The notes below the pieces were generated by a model. That model was not told where the DNA came from, did not search any database, and saw only the letters and a list, made by a program, of their open reading frames with translations. Source: Nevskiaceae bacterium (GTDB lineage: Bacteria; Pseudomonadota; Gammaproteobacteria; Steroidobacterales; Steroidobacteraceae). Taken from it: a stretch of DNA of 64,000 bases. A program made the position numbers and the translations under genes. This document shows, one piece after another, positions 47,187 to 57,231 of the stretch. The stretch covers positions 28 through 64,027 of the forward strand of contig JBJTBK010000052.1 in the NCBI GenBank assembly GCA_046091245.1, given 5' to 3'. Position 1 is the first letter of the stretch, and each line of letters opens with the position of its first letter.

Positions 47187-48829
47187 CAAGCTCCGGGCGG
47201 TCGGTACTTGCCGAGCAGCGCGTCCCAGCGATTCTCGATGCGCTTGAAGGCCTCAGGGGCAAGGCGCTCGAGCTCCGTCCGATTCAGTGCCTGATACTCG
47301 GCAGGGCCGCCTTCCTGCGGCCACTGACGCGTTGCATCGATCACCACTTTTGAGGTCATCGGTCGCTTGGTAAGCGAGGGATCAAGGGGCATGCCGCGCG
47401 ACTCGGGGATGATGACGGTCGCCGGCGCTGGCTGCCAGCGCGAACCGAGCGTGTGCATCACCGCAGTGCGATCCAGCACCTCGATATCGTCATCGACGAT
47501 GACGATGACTTTGGCGATGCCGACGATCTGTGCAATGCGTTTGCCGATCTCGAGCGCCTCGCCGGGCTTTTGTTTCTTGATGCTGACGAAGCACAGCCCG
47601 GTGGCCTCGACAGGCGTGTGCAACATTTTGATGTTGGGTACGAACCGCTTCAGTGCCGACAGCGCCATCTGCTCGAGGGGTGCCGTCGGAAAGCCACGGG
47701 TGATGCCCGTGTACTGGTTGACGAACCAGGGATTGCGACGGTGGGTGATCGCGGTCACATTCATCCAGAAGTTGGCTGCCTTGCGCGCGCCCATGTAGCC
47801 GTACATTTAGCCGAAAGGCCCCTCCGGCAGCATGCCCTGATCGAGCGGCACAGCGCCTTCGATGATCATCTCGGAGGTCGCCGGTACGAGATGCCCGTTG
47901 GTTTCACTGCGCACCACGCGCAGCGGCCGACCGCGGATCGCCGACACCACCTCAAGCTCATCGGCTTTGGCCCGGTTGAGTTTGGAGCTCGAGACGACCC
48001 AGGTGACGGGATCTTGGCCGAGTGCGATCGATACCTTGACCGAACTCTCGCCGCGCTCCTTGGCCTTCATGAACGCCTGCCATGCGCCTTGGCCCTCTTC
48101 GGGGTTGATGCCGAGCAGGCGAGGCCCCTTGATCTCGCAGCGATACGTGCCGAAATTCTTGCCGAGTTCCCGATCGTCAGTGAACACCGATCCGGTGTTC
48201 ACATAGCGTCCCGAGTCTGCCGGGTTCGACTGCATGAAGGCGAAGCTCGTCAGATCGATCTGCTCGTCTCGGAGCACCACCTGCTTGCAAGGCGCGGCGT
48301 CGCGCGCCACTTCGATGAACGGTGCCGTCGGAAAGGCACCGCCCTTGCCTTGCTTGAGGAATTCATCGACGCGTGCGAGTGCTTTGTAATACGTGGCCAC
48401 GTGATCGCCGGCGACTGGCTGCAGACCGAAGCTCAAGCACTCGGTATCCCAGTGCCCGAAGTGGTTGGTGATGATCGGGCCCTTGTACCAACGTCCGTCG
48501 ATACGTACGTTTTCCATGACCAAGGCTGGCGCGAAATACATTCCGAAGCGATCGATCAGGCGGTACATCAGCGCCGTGCCTTCGTAGGCGTCTTGGTCGA
48601 TATTGCGTACGCGCAGCACGAGATTGCGTCGCTCGAGTTCAGCCATCCACTCCCGCAGGTCCTCGAACGGGCCAACCTGCCAGGCGCCGGCCGTGGTGTT
48701 GCCTGTGGCGACCGGTGGCGGGGTGCCTGCATTCTGCGCTTCGGCCAACTTGAGATCCGCGGCGGCGAGCGCAGCGGCAGAGAGCCCAGCCGATTGGCTG
48801 AGAAAATCACGGCGGGAGTAGGTGCTCAT
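47186..48829 (-). pseudogene. UbiD-family (prFMN-dependent) decarboxylase with Tat signal, interrupted by an in-frame TAA at 47807-47809
   Basis: Track ORFs 47807..48868 and 47186..47806 are contiguous in the same frame: ...LPEGPFG-TAA-MYGYMGARK.... The N-terminus is MSTYSRRDFLSQSAGLSAAALAA (SRRxFL). Confidence 0.8.
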
Positions 48830-48891
48830 GCTCTTACGCTGACATGCAGCCCGATTGGCGTAAAGCATCCCGAGGTACGGATGACCGGTCT

Positions 48892-50442
48892 ATGATCGCC
48901 GCCATGCGACATCTGGTGCTGGTACTCGGCGATCAACTCAACCGCGACTCGGCGGCGTTCGACGGTTTCGACCCCGCGCTCGATGGCGTGTGGATGGCTG
49001 AGGAGCGGCACGAGTCGCTACGGATCCCCTCAAGCCGGATCCGCACGACGATGTTCCTTGCGGCAATGCGCCACTTTCGTGATGCCCTGCGGGCTGAAGG
49101 TTGCGAGGTGGACTATCAGACGTTGGCCGATTCCAAAGGCTCGCTCGCGATGGCGTTGGATTCGGCGCTACAGCGCCTCAGGCCTAATGGCGTCATTTGG
49201 GTCGAGCCCGGCGAATGGCAGTTGCGTGCCGACTTGCAGGCCGTGCTCGATCGACAAGGGCTGCGACCGCAGGCGCGCGAGGATCGCCATTTTCTGTGTT
49301 CAACCGCCACCTTCGCCGCCCATGCGGCGGGGCGCAAGCAACTGCGGATGGAATTCTTTTATCGGCAGATGCGACGCGAGCATCGCGTTTTGCTCGATGC
49401 AGCCGGTGAGCCGGAAGGTGGTGAGTGGAATTTCGACAGTGATAATCGCAAAAGCTTCGGCAAGGCCGGGCCGCCTCGCTTGGTCGATGCGGCACCGCGC
49501 TCGTTCACGCCCGATGCGCTCACGCAGGAAGTGCTACACGAGGTTGCTGAGGCGTTTCCGGATAATCCGGGCGATCTCGGCTCCTTTGATTGGCCCGTTA
49601 CCCCGGCTGAAGCGCAGCTTGCGTTGGAGGATTTCATCCAGCATCGGCTCGCATACTTTGGGGACTATCAGGACGCAATGTGGACCGCGGAGCCTTGGCT
49701 GTTCCACTCGCGTCTGTCGGCCGCGCTGAATGTAAAGTTGCTTGATCCGCGTGCGGTAATCGCCGCCGCCGAAGCCGAGTATCGCGCTGACCGAGCCCCG
49801 CTTGCGGCGGTGGAAGGCTTCATCAGGCAGATTCTCGGCTGGCGCGAGTACGCACGTGGTGTCTATTGGTTACACATGCCGGGTTATGTCGAGCGCAACG
49901 CGCTTGGCGCGGATCGGCCGCTACCCGACTTTTTCTGGACGGGCGATACCCCGATGCGCTGCCTCGCCGATGCACTCGGCCAAACGCTGCGTTTGGGTTA
50001 CGCCCATCATATCCAGCGTCTGATGGTCACGGGCCTGTATTGCCTGCTGCTCGGCGTCGACCCACGCGAAGTGCATCGCTGGTATCTCGCCATCTACGTC
50101 GATGCGGTCGAGTGGGTCGAACTGCCGAACACTCTGGGTATGTCGCAATACGCCGACGGCGGTGTGATGGCCTCCAAGCCTTACGTGGCCAGCGGTAAAT
50201 ACATCGAGCGCATGAGCAACTACTGCACGGATTGCCGGTACCGGCCCGATCGGGCGAGCGGTGATGGTGCCTGCCCGTTTACCACGCTCTACTGGGACTT
50301 CCTGCTGCGTCACGAAAAGACGCTCGCCGCCAACCAGCGCATGAGTCTGCAGGTGCGCAACCTGGCGCGTTTGTCGGCGTCAGAGCGTGAGGCGATCACG
50401 GCGCGCGCCACGGCGATTCGCAACTCGGGTGTAGTACCCTAA
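48892..50442 (+). CDS. Cryptochrome/photolyase-family protein of the FeS-containing bacterial (6-4) photolyase / CryB type
   Basis: Starts (M)RHLVLVLGDQLN. Has the cysteine set ...RCLADAL... and NYCTDCRYRPDRASGDGACPF. The start is either 48892 or 48904. Confidence 0.8.
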   Translation: MIAAMRHLVLVLGDQLNRDSAAFDGFDPALDGVWMAEERHESLRIPSSRIRTTMFLAAMRHFRDALRAEGCEVDYQTLADSKGSLAMALDSALQRLRPNGVIWVEPGEWQLRADLQAVLDRQGLRPQAREDRHFLCSTATFAAHAAGRKQLRMEFFYRQMRREHRVLLDAAGEPEGGEWNFDSDNRKSFGKAGPPRLVDAAPRSFTPDALTQEVLHEVAEAFPDNPGDLGSFDWPVTPAEAQLALEDFIQHRLAYFGDYQDAMWTAEPWLFHSRLSAALNVKLLDPRAVIAAAEAEYRADRAPLAAVEGFIRQILGWREYARGVYWLHMPGYVERNALGADRPLPDFFWTGDTPMRCLADALGQTLRLGYAHHIQRLMVTGLYCLLLGVDPREVHRWYLAIYVDAVEWVELPNTLGMSQYADGGVMASKPYVASGKYIERMSNYCTDCRYRPDRASGDGACPFTTLYWDFLLRHEKTLAANQRMSLQVRNLARLSASEREAITARATAIRNSGVVP

Positions 50443-50446
50443 CGCC

Positions 50447-51274
50447 ATGACGAGTGCTGCCAGTAATCTGTCCCAACGCTTCCCACAGAAACGCGTCTTC
50501 ATTACGGGCGCCGCGAGTGGTCTCGGTCTCGCCTGTGCGGAGATTCTCGCCCGTGAGGGCTGGCAACTATTCCTGACCGACGTTGATGGTCCGCGTCTCG
50601 ATCTCGTCGCGGCAGGCTTTGCGCGCGATGGCGCGCGCGTGGCTGCTGCACCCTGCGACGTTCGTGATGCCGAGGCGGTGCGTGCTATCGTCGAGGCGGC
50701 GGTGGCGGCAGCAGGGGGCCTCGATCTGGCGATCCACTGTGCTGGAGTGGCGATCGCCGGGCCGTTCCACGCCAGTACGCCCGAAGAGTGGGTCTGGCAG
50801 TTCGACATCAACGTGCACGGCGTCGCCAACAGTTGCCGCGCCGTGATCCAGCACATGGCGCGCGGGAAGGGCGGCATGATCATCAACATCGCCAGTGCCG
50901 CGAGCTTTTGCACGGGCGCGCAGATGTCGGCCTACAACGCTTCGAAAGCCGCGGTGGTGGCGCTCAGCGAATCGCTGATGCAGGAGTACGCGGCGTACGG
51001 TGTAGCGGTTACGGCGGCAATGCCCGGGTTTTTCCAAACGCGACTCATGGAGACGGCCCGTGGGTCCGAGCGCACCTTGAGCGCCGCGCGTCGGCTGATC
51101 GACACGTCCGGGATCAAGGCCGAGGAGATGGCAGAGCTGATGCTGTCGGCAGCCGCTCGGGGTCAGACTCACTTTGTCCATCCTGCGCGCTACCGAAATC
51201 TTTGGCGGCTGAAGAGGCTGATGCCCCAGCGTTTTCAGTCCTTGCTGCCGCGCTTGCTCAAACGGGGGGCCTGA
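50447..51274 (+). CDS. SDR-family oxidoreductase
   Basis: Has ITGAASGLG and YNASK (YxxxK). Confidence 0.85.
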   Translation: MTSAASNLSQRFPQKRVFITGAASGLGLACAEILAREGWQLFLTDVDGPRLDLVAAGFARDGARVAAAPCDVRDAEAVRAIVEAAVAAAGGLDLAIHCAGVAIAGPFHASTPEEWVWQFDINVHGVANSCRAVIQHMARGKGGMIINIASAASFCTGAQMSAYNASKAAVVALSESLMQEYAAYGVAVTAAMPGFFQTRLMETARGSERTLSAARRLIDTSGIKAEEMAELMLSAAARGQTHFVHPARYRNLWRLKRLMPQRFQSLLPRLLKRGA

Positions 51275-51699
51275 TGCTGCAACCGTTCCATCTCGCGATC
51301 CCGGTGCACGACTTGCAGGCCGCCCGCAACTTTTATGGTCGGCTGTTTGGTTGTCCGGAAGGACGCTCCGCGCCGGAGTGGGTGGATTTCGATTTTTTTG
51401 GCCATCAGCTCGTTGCACACCTCGAACCGAGCCGCAAGCCATTCGTCGAGCCGCTGCATACCAACGAAGTCGATGGCAAACACGTGCCTGTACCGCATTT
51501 TGGTGTGGTCTTGGAGTGGGACCGTTGGCAGCAACTGGCCGAGCGACTGCAGTCATCCGGGGCCACGTTCGTGATCGAACCCGGCATTCGCTTTGCGGGT
51601 TTGATCGGTGAACAGGCCACCTTCTTCCTGTATGACCCCTCGGGCAACGCGCTCGAGTTCAAGGCATTTCGCGACCCGTCGCGCTTGTTTGCCAAGTGA
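51274..51699 (+). CDS. VOC/glyoxalase-fold protein
   Basis: Start is [26 protein letters not shown]. It has a 1-nt overlap with the SDR stop. The track start at 50788 is over-extended. Confidence 0.75.
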   Translation: MLQPFHLAIPVHDLQAARNFYGRLFGCPEGRSAPEWVDFDFFGHQLVAHLEPSRKPFVEPLHTNEVDGKHVPVPHFGVVLEWDRWQQLAERLQSSGATFVIEPGIRFAGLIGEQATFFLYDPSGNALEFKAFRDPSRLFAK

Positions 51700-52571
51700 G
51701 CGAGTCGGTCTGGCAGGAATTGTCGTTACGACGACCGGGCGGGTTGCAACTTTACGCGCGTCGTTATCCCCGTCGCCCGGGCGGTACCGTCACCGAGGAT
51801 CGGGTGCCGGTGGTCTGTATTCCAGGCCTGACTCGCAACTGCCGCGACTTCGAATCGCTGGCGGTGCATTTGTCTGCGACGTGTGAGGTGCTTACGCCGG
51901 ATCTTCGCGGCCGAGGTCGATCGGATCATGACCCCGACTGGCGCAATTACCGCCTTGATGTCTATGTCGCCGACATCATGGCGTGGCTCGATTACCTGCA
52001 ACTGTCGCGCGTGGTGATCGTCGGGACCTCGCTAGGCGGCCTTATAGGCATGTTTGTCGGCGCGCAGTACCGAGCTCGGCTCGCGGGACTCGTGATGAAC
52101 GATATTGGCCCGCAGTTCAGCCCGGTCGGCATGATGCGCATTGCAAGTTCCGTGGGTACGGCCGCAGTCGTGAGCCGTTGGGAACAAGCGGAAGCGGACA
52201 CTCGCAGCGGCTATGCGCATGTGATGCCTGACTTCACGAGCGAGGAATGGCAGAACTTCACGCGACAGATCTATCACGAGGAGGCGCCGGGCCGCATCGT
52301 GCGAGACATGGATCCGCTGCTTGGCAAGGCGTTGCGCGACACCTCCATGCCGGTACCCGACTTTTGGGGTGCATTCGCGGCGCTCGAGGGCCTACCGCTG
52401 CTCGTGCTGCGCGGTGAGTTGTCGGATTTGCTTGATGACGCGACGCTTGAGCGGATGAGAGCGACGCTGCCGCAACTTCAGCGGGTGACAATTCCGCGGC
52501 GAGGACACACGCCGACGTTGGACGAGCCTGAAAGCCGCCGCGCCATTGACGAATATCTGCTCACCTGCTGA
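51696..52571 (+). CDS. Alpha/beta hydrolase
   Basis: Has the nucleophile elbow GTSLGG and a C-terminal GHTP. It has a GTGA overlap with the upstream gene. Confidence 0.8.
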   Translation: MSESVWQELSLRRPGGLQLYARRYPRRPGGTVTEDRVPVVCIPGLTRNCRDFESLAVHLSATCEVLTPDLRGRGRSDHDPDWRNYRLDVYVADIMAWLDYLQLSRVVIVGTSLGGLIGMFVGAQYRARLAGLVMNDIGPQFSPVGMMRIASSVGTAAVVSRWEQAEADTRSGYAHVMPDFTSEEWQNFTRQIYHEEAPGRIVRDMDPLLGKALRDTSMPVPDFWGAFAALEGLPLLVLRGELSDLLDDATLERMRATLPQLQRVTIPRRGHTPTLDEPESRRAIDEYLLTC

Positions 52572-52609
52572 CAGCTCAACGGCTGACAGCCACGCCCCAC
52601 CGCGCAGCC

Positions 52610-53638
52610 TCAGGTCGGGTCTTTATCCTCGGGACCGCGCACCCTGTTCCAGGCGATCGATACCAGGATCGATACGGCCAAGATCGAACCGATGATCAGC
52701 AGTGACCAGCTGATCGGGAACTTGCCGCCGAACGCCTGATTGAGCCAGACCATCTTCAAGCCGACGAAGACGAGGATCACGCCTAGGCCGTACTTCAGGA
52801 ACAGGAACGCCTTCACCATGCTCTGCAGCACGAAGAACAGCGAGCGCAGTCCGATGATGGCGAAAATATTCGAAGTGAAGACGATGAACGGTTCGTTGGT
52901 CAGCGCGAAGATGGCCGGCACGGAGTCGATGGCGAAGATGATGTCGCTGAACTCGATGAACGCCAACGCAATAAACAACGGTGTAACCCAAGCCTTGCCA
53001 TCGATCTCTACCCAGAATTTGTCGCCATGGAATGCTGGGGTGACCGGGAAGATACGCTTGATACCGAGAATGACCGGATTGCGCGAGGGGTCGATGGGCT
53101 TTTCCGGTAGGAACAAAATCTTGAGGCCGGTGAGGATCAGGAAAATCCCAAAGATCGCCACGACCCACTCGTACTGCATGAGGATGGAGCCGAGCGAGAT
53201 GAACAAGGCGCGAAAAAGGATCGCACCCATGATGCCGTAGAACAGCACCTTCTGCTGATACTGCGGCGGTACGGCAAAGTACGAGAAGACAGCAACGAAC
53301 ACGAACACGTTATCGATCGCCAGCGCATACTCGACCACGTAGCCAGCGAGAAACTCGAGCGAGGTGTCACGCGCCAGCTGCGCGTGGTCCAACCCGACAA
53401 GATCCGGCCGCGTCGGCAGCTCATGGAGCAGAAACTGGTATAGGCCGTAGTTGAATGCGAGCGCAAGCAGCACGAAACAGATGCTGCGAACGATCGCCGC
53501 CCGCAGTGTAGGCAGCGTACCGGGCTTGCTGAAGACACCAAGATCAAACGCAAGAATCAGCAGCAACCCGGTAATGAAGCCTGCGTAGGCCCACCAGTAA
53601 TCCGCCAAAGGCAGCAGCAAGATGTCTTCCATTGACAA
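52610..53638 (-). CDS. TerC/Alx-family membrane protein
   Basis: Multi-TM protein with EYALAIDNVFVF and FAIDSVPAIFA repeats. ATG at 53632 is an alternative to the TTG at 53638. Confidence 0.85.
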   Translation of the reverse strand: MSMEDILLLPLADYWWAYAGFITGLLLILAFDLGVFSKPGTLPTLRAAIVRSICFVLLALAFNYGLYQFLLHELPTRPDLVGLDHAQLARDTSLEFLAGYVVEYALAIDNVFVFVAVFSYFAVPPQYQQKVLFYGIMGAILFRALFISLGSILMQYEWVVAIFGIFLILTGLKILFLPEKPIDPSRNPVILGIKRIFPVTPAFHGDKFWVEIDGKAWVTPLFIALAFIEFSDIIFAIDSVPAIFALTNEPFIVFTSNIFAIIGLRSLFFVLQSMVKAFLFLKYGLGVILVFVGLKMVWLNQAFGGKFPISWSLLIIGSILAVSILVSIAWNRVRGPEDKDPT

Positions 53639-53701
53639 AGATATCCGTAGGTTGCGGGGTCAGACCCCAATCCGTGGGGGCCGCAATCTTACCCGTTGGA
53701 G

Positions 53702-54637
53702 TCAGTCTGCAAAAGAGTACCGCCAACGATTTCCGTGGCTGCGGATGAACCCGGCCGTCGGTGCTGGAAAGTGGGCGGGCAAAATCAACGTGTCGGTGTC
53801 GGCGTGCGTCTCGACAAAGCGCCGGCGACAGGCTGCGGAGGCTACCCGGTCTTCACAGAAGGCGGCGGACCACTCCGGATATTTGACCTGCAGTGGATGA
53901 TGGATGACATCGCCGCTGAGCACCGCGTGCTCGCGGCCAGGTTGCAGGTGGATGACGACGTTTCCCGGCGTATGTCCGGGCGCTGCCTCGAGCCGTAGCA
54001 ATCCTTCGACTTCGTGATCACTCTCGACCAGGTCGGCTTGACCGCTTTCGATTACGGGCAGCACGCTGTCGGTGTAAACGCCGTAGTCGGTGCCCGGATT
54101 CAGGGCTCGCAGCTGGGCGCGGTGTTCGAATTCCTGCCGTGCGAAGACGTAGCGTGCGTTCGGGAAGGTGGGTACCCAGCGACCGTTCATCAGTCGGGTG
54201 TTCCAGCCCACATGGTCGCCGTGCATGTGGGTACACATCACGTAATCGACGCTCTCCGGTGCGACACCGAGCTGATGCAGATTGTGAAGCCAACCGGTCG
54301 TCAGGCGGTGAAAGCCGGCGTGACCGCCCCGCTCCTTATCGTTGCCGATGCAGGTATCGACGAGGATGGTGCAGGTCTCGCTGCGTAGCACATACGTATG
54401 AAAACTCAGCAAACCGTGCGTCAAAGAGGCATCGGCAAAGCGCGGCAGCAGCCACTCGGCTTCGGCAGCAATGGCCTCCGGTGTAGCGTCTGGCAAGAAA
54501 TGCGTGAACGGCAGCGGTACCGTCGCTAACTCGACGACCGCATCGACTCGGACTGACCCGACGTTCAGTGAGCAAGGGCTTTCAGTCATGACCGTAGAAT
54601 AGCCGGAATTGGCTGGCGCGGTTTCATGCTGCGGCAT
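53702..54637 (-). CDS. MBL-fold metallo-hydrolase (lactonase-like)
   Basis: Has CTHMHGDHVGW (HxHxDH). An alternative start at 54589 (MTESP) would remove the overlap with the divergent MFS gene. Confidence 0.8.
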   Translation of the reverse strand: MPQHETAPANSGYSTVMTESPCSLNVGSVRVDAVVELATVPLPFTHFLPDATPEAIAAEAEWLLPRFADASLTHGLLSFHTYVLRSETCTILVDTCIGNDKERGGHAGFHRLTTGWLHNLHQLGVAPESVDYVMCTHMHGDHVGWNTRLMNGRWVPTFPNARYVFARQEFEHRAQLRALNPGTDYGVYTDSVLPVIESGQADLVESDHEVEGLLRLEAAPGHTPGNVVIHLQPGREHAVLSGDVIHHPLQVKYPEWSAAFCEDRVASAACRRRFVETHADTDTLILPAHFPAPTAGFIRSHGNRWRYSFAD

Positions 54638-55942
54638 ACGATGCCCGGCATGACCAGCTCGACCGACGTTCGATTGGGACCCGTCCGGCTTTCCCCCGGT
54701 TACACCCGCTGGAACGCCCGCACTTACCTTCTCGCTGCATTCATCACGATCGGCATGCTGGCCTTCGTCAGCTTCATCCAGCCCTATCTGCTCAATGCCA
54801 ATCTCGATGTGCCCGCCGACCAGCAGGGGCGGGTGTTGGGTCTTTTGGGTTTCAGCAACGAGATCGTCTCATTGCTGCTCGTCGCCCCATTCGGCGCTTT
54901 ATCGGACAAAATCGGCAGACGACCCGTCTATGCGCTCGGCTTTCTTTGGCTAGCGGCCGGATTTTTTCTTTATCCGCTGGCGCGCACCTTTCCGCAGTTG
55001 TTGGCCTGCGCGTTGTTTTTCTCCGTCGGTGTGGCAGCCGTTGGCTGCATGCTGGCGACGGTGCTGGCCGATATCCCCCGTGAGGAGTCTCGTGGCCTGT
55101 TCGTCGGCATCACGGGTTTTTGCCAGGGTCTCGGTGCCACACTCGCGGTGCTGGTGCTCGGCAAGGTACCGCAGCGCCTCGCAGCGGGCGGTATGGACGC
55201 GGTCATGGCGGGGCGCATCACGCTCGGCATTGCGGCGGGGCTGTGTGTGTTGACGGCGATCTTTTGCTGGCTCGGCTTGCGGCGGGGAACCCCGAGCGAG
55301 CTTGGGGAGCGTGAGCCCTTGAGCACCGTGCTTCGCACAGGCGTGCAGGCGGCGCGGGCCAATCCAAGAATCTGGTTCGCCTACATGCTGCAGTTTGTTT
55401 CTTTTGCCGATCGCATCGTCATTGGCACGTTCTTCAGCGCTCGCTTGCAGCAGACCGCCATCGCCAATGGTCAAACAGTGGCCGAAGCCGTGTCGGCGGC
55501 CACCAAACCCTATGTCATCGCCAATTCTGCAGGTCTCGTCTTCGCTATTTTCTTTGGTCTTGCGCTCGACAAGATGAATCGGGTCAAGGCGGGCGTGGTC
55601 GCCATGGCGATCGCCGGCGTCGGGTATATGGCGGGTGGCTTCGTCGGTGATCCGCAAAGTGAGTGGATTACGCTCGTGGCCATACTGCTCGGCACGGGGC
55701 AGATCTGCGCCATTATCGCGAGCCAAACCGTGCTTGGGCAGGAAGCGCCGCAAGATGTGCGAGGAGCCGTGTTCGGCCTTGCCGGCGTTTTCGCGTCTTG
55801 TGGCATTTTGTTTACGACGTCGATCGGCGGCTGGCTGTACGACGTGCTCAGCAAAGGCGCGCCGTTCTTTCTCATCGGTTTCGTCAACCTCGCTATCATG
55901 GCGTTCGGGATTTATTTGTTGCGGACTCGCAGTAACGCCTGA
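54626..55942 (+). CDS. MFS transporter (paralogue of 44066..45367)
   Basis: Has 12 TM helices and GALSDKIGRRPVY, and is collinear by eye with the other MFS protein. The start may be 54641 or 54650. Confidence 0.85.
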   Translation: MLRHTMPGMTSSTDVRLGPVRLSPGYTRWNARTYLLAAFITIGMLAFVSFIQPYLLNANLDVPADQQGRVLGLLGFSNEIVSLLLVAPFGALSDKIGRRPVYALGFLWLAAGFFLYPLARTFPQLLACALFFSVGVAAVGCMLATVLADIPREESRGLFVGITGFCQGLGATLAVLVLGKVPQRLAAGGMDAVMAGRITLGIAAGLCVLTAIFCWLGLRRGTPSELGEREPLSTVLRTGVQAARANPRIWFAYMLQFVSFADRIVIGTFFSARLQQTAIANGQTVAEAVSAATKPYVIANSAGLVFAIFFGLALDKMNRVKAGVVAMAIAGVGYMAGGFVGDPQSEWITLVAILLGTGQICAIIASQTVLGQEAPQDVRGAVFGLAGVFASCGILFTTSIGGWLYDVLSKGAPFFLIGFVNLAIMAFGIYLLRTRSNA

Positions 55943-57231
55943 TGCTGGTTACCGAATCGCTGATCATCCTGCTGTTGGTTTTGCTCAACGGCTTCTTCGC
56001 GCTGGCCGAGATGGCCTTGGTATCTGCCAAGCGTGGCCGTCTGCAGTCCTCTGCCGAGCGGGGTAGCCGCGGAGCGCGACTGGCTCTTGATCTGCTCACC
56101 GACTCCACCACGTTTCTGTCCGCGTTACAGGTGGGCATCACGCTCATTGGCATACTTACCGGCGTATACAGCGGCGCGACCTTTGCTGAGGCACTCGGCG
56201 GGTGGTTTGCAGCGCGTGGCGTCGATGCCGACGTGACCGAAGAGCTCGCCTTCGGCGTGGTGGTTCTGTTGGTGACCTTCGGCACGCTGGTATTTGGCGA
56301 ATTGGTACCGAAGCGCATCGCCCGGACTCACGCGGAATCACTGGCGATTGCCGTCGCACCCATCATGGCCGTGTTCGCGCGACTGATGTTGCCGCTCGTC
56401 TGGTTGTTGCGCGTTTCTGTGGACTCTGTGCTGAAGATCCTGCCGGTGTCGGCAGCACCGGCGGCGTCGGTGACAGACGATGAGGTTCGCGCCCTCATTG
56501 CCGAGGGCGCCCGTACCGGCGTGTTTCTCGCCTCCGAGCGGCGATTGATCGAGGGGGTGCTGGCACTCGCGGACCGCAAAGTCGAGTCGATCATGGTGCC
56601 GCGAACCGACGTGTTCTGGCTCGATCTTGATGAAGCACTGCCGGCTTTGTGGCAGCAGGCTCGCGACAGCGGCCATGCTCGGTTCCTCATTGCTCGTGGC
56701 TCGCTCGATGAGGCGCTCGGCATGGTGACGCTCGCGACCTTGAGTGAGGCGCTGCGTCGTGGCCAGCTCGATACGGACAAGGACATCGAGACACCGTTGT
56801 TCGTGCCCGTCGGCATCACGGCGATGCAGTTGCTCGACCAGTTCCAAAAGTCGAGTTCGCATCTTGCAGTGGTGACCGACGAATACGGGGCCATCGAGGG
56901 CGTGGCAACGCCCATCGACATCCTGCGAGCCATTGCCGGGGAGCTGCCGGATCTTGGCACTCGCGAACGCGCCGAGATGCAACGTCGTGAGGATGGCAGC
57001 TGGCTGGTCGACGGACACCTCGGTATCGAGGAAGTGCAGCAGCGACTGGGGCGTCGCGATATGACCTCAGTACGCTCGGACTATCACACCCTTGCCGGTT
57101 TCGTACTCGCTCGGCTCGGCAGAATTCCCAAAGCGGGTGATGTGCTGTCTTGGCGCGACCTGCGCATCGAAGTCATCGACATGGACGGCATGCGCATCGA
57201 CAAATTGCTGATCATGCACACGGGTCGCTGA
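55942..57231 (+). CDS. CNNM/TlyC-type (DUF21-CBS-CorC) hemolysin-family transporter
   Basis: Has an N-terminal DUF21 TM region, a CBS pair and a CorC_HlyC C-terminal domain (IEVIDMDGMRIDKLLI). Confidence 0.85.
   Translation: MLVTESLIILLLVLLNGFFALAEMALVSAKRGRLQSSAERGSRGARLALDLLTDSTTFLSALQVGITLIGILTGVYSGATFAEALGGWFAARGVDADVTEELAFGVVVLLVTFGTLVFGELVPKRIARTHAESLAIAVAPIMAVFARLMLPLVWLLRVSVDSVLKILPVSAAPAASVTDDEVRALIAEGARTGVFLASERRLIEGVLALADRKVESIMVPRTDVFWLDLDEALPALWQQARDSGHARFLIARGSLDEALGMVTLATLSEALRRGQLDTDKDIETPLFVPVGITAMQLLDQFQKSSSHLAVVTDEYGAIEGVATPIDILRAIAGELPDLGTRERAEMQRREDGSWLVDGHLGIEEVQQRLGRRDMTSVRSDYHTLAGFVLARLGRIPKAGDVLSWRDLRIEVIDMDGMRIDKLLIMHTGR

Noticed and set aside
53633-53701. Possible yybP-ykoY (Mn2+) riboswitch upstream of the TerC-family gene.
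   Set aside because: The leader is only about 69 nt and lacks the conserved riboswitch core. It does contain mutually exclusive small hairpins (CCCCA/UGGGG versus GGGG/CCCC inside a UUGCGG/CCGCAA stem). There is no U-tract, though, and the gene may simply be co-transcribed with the upstream MBL hydrolase.
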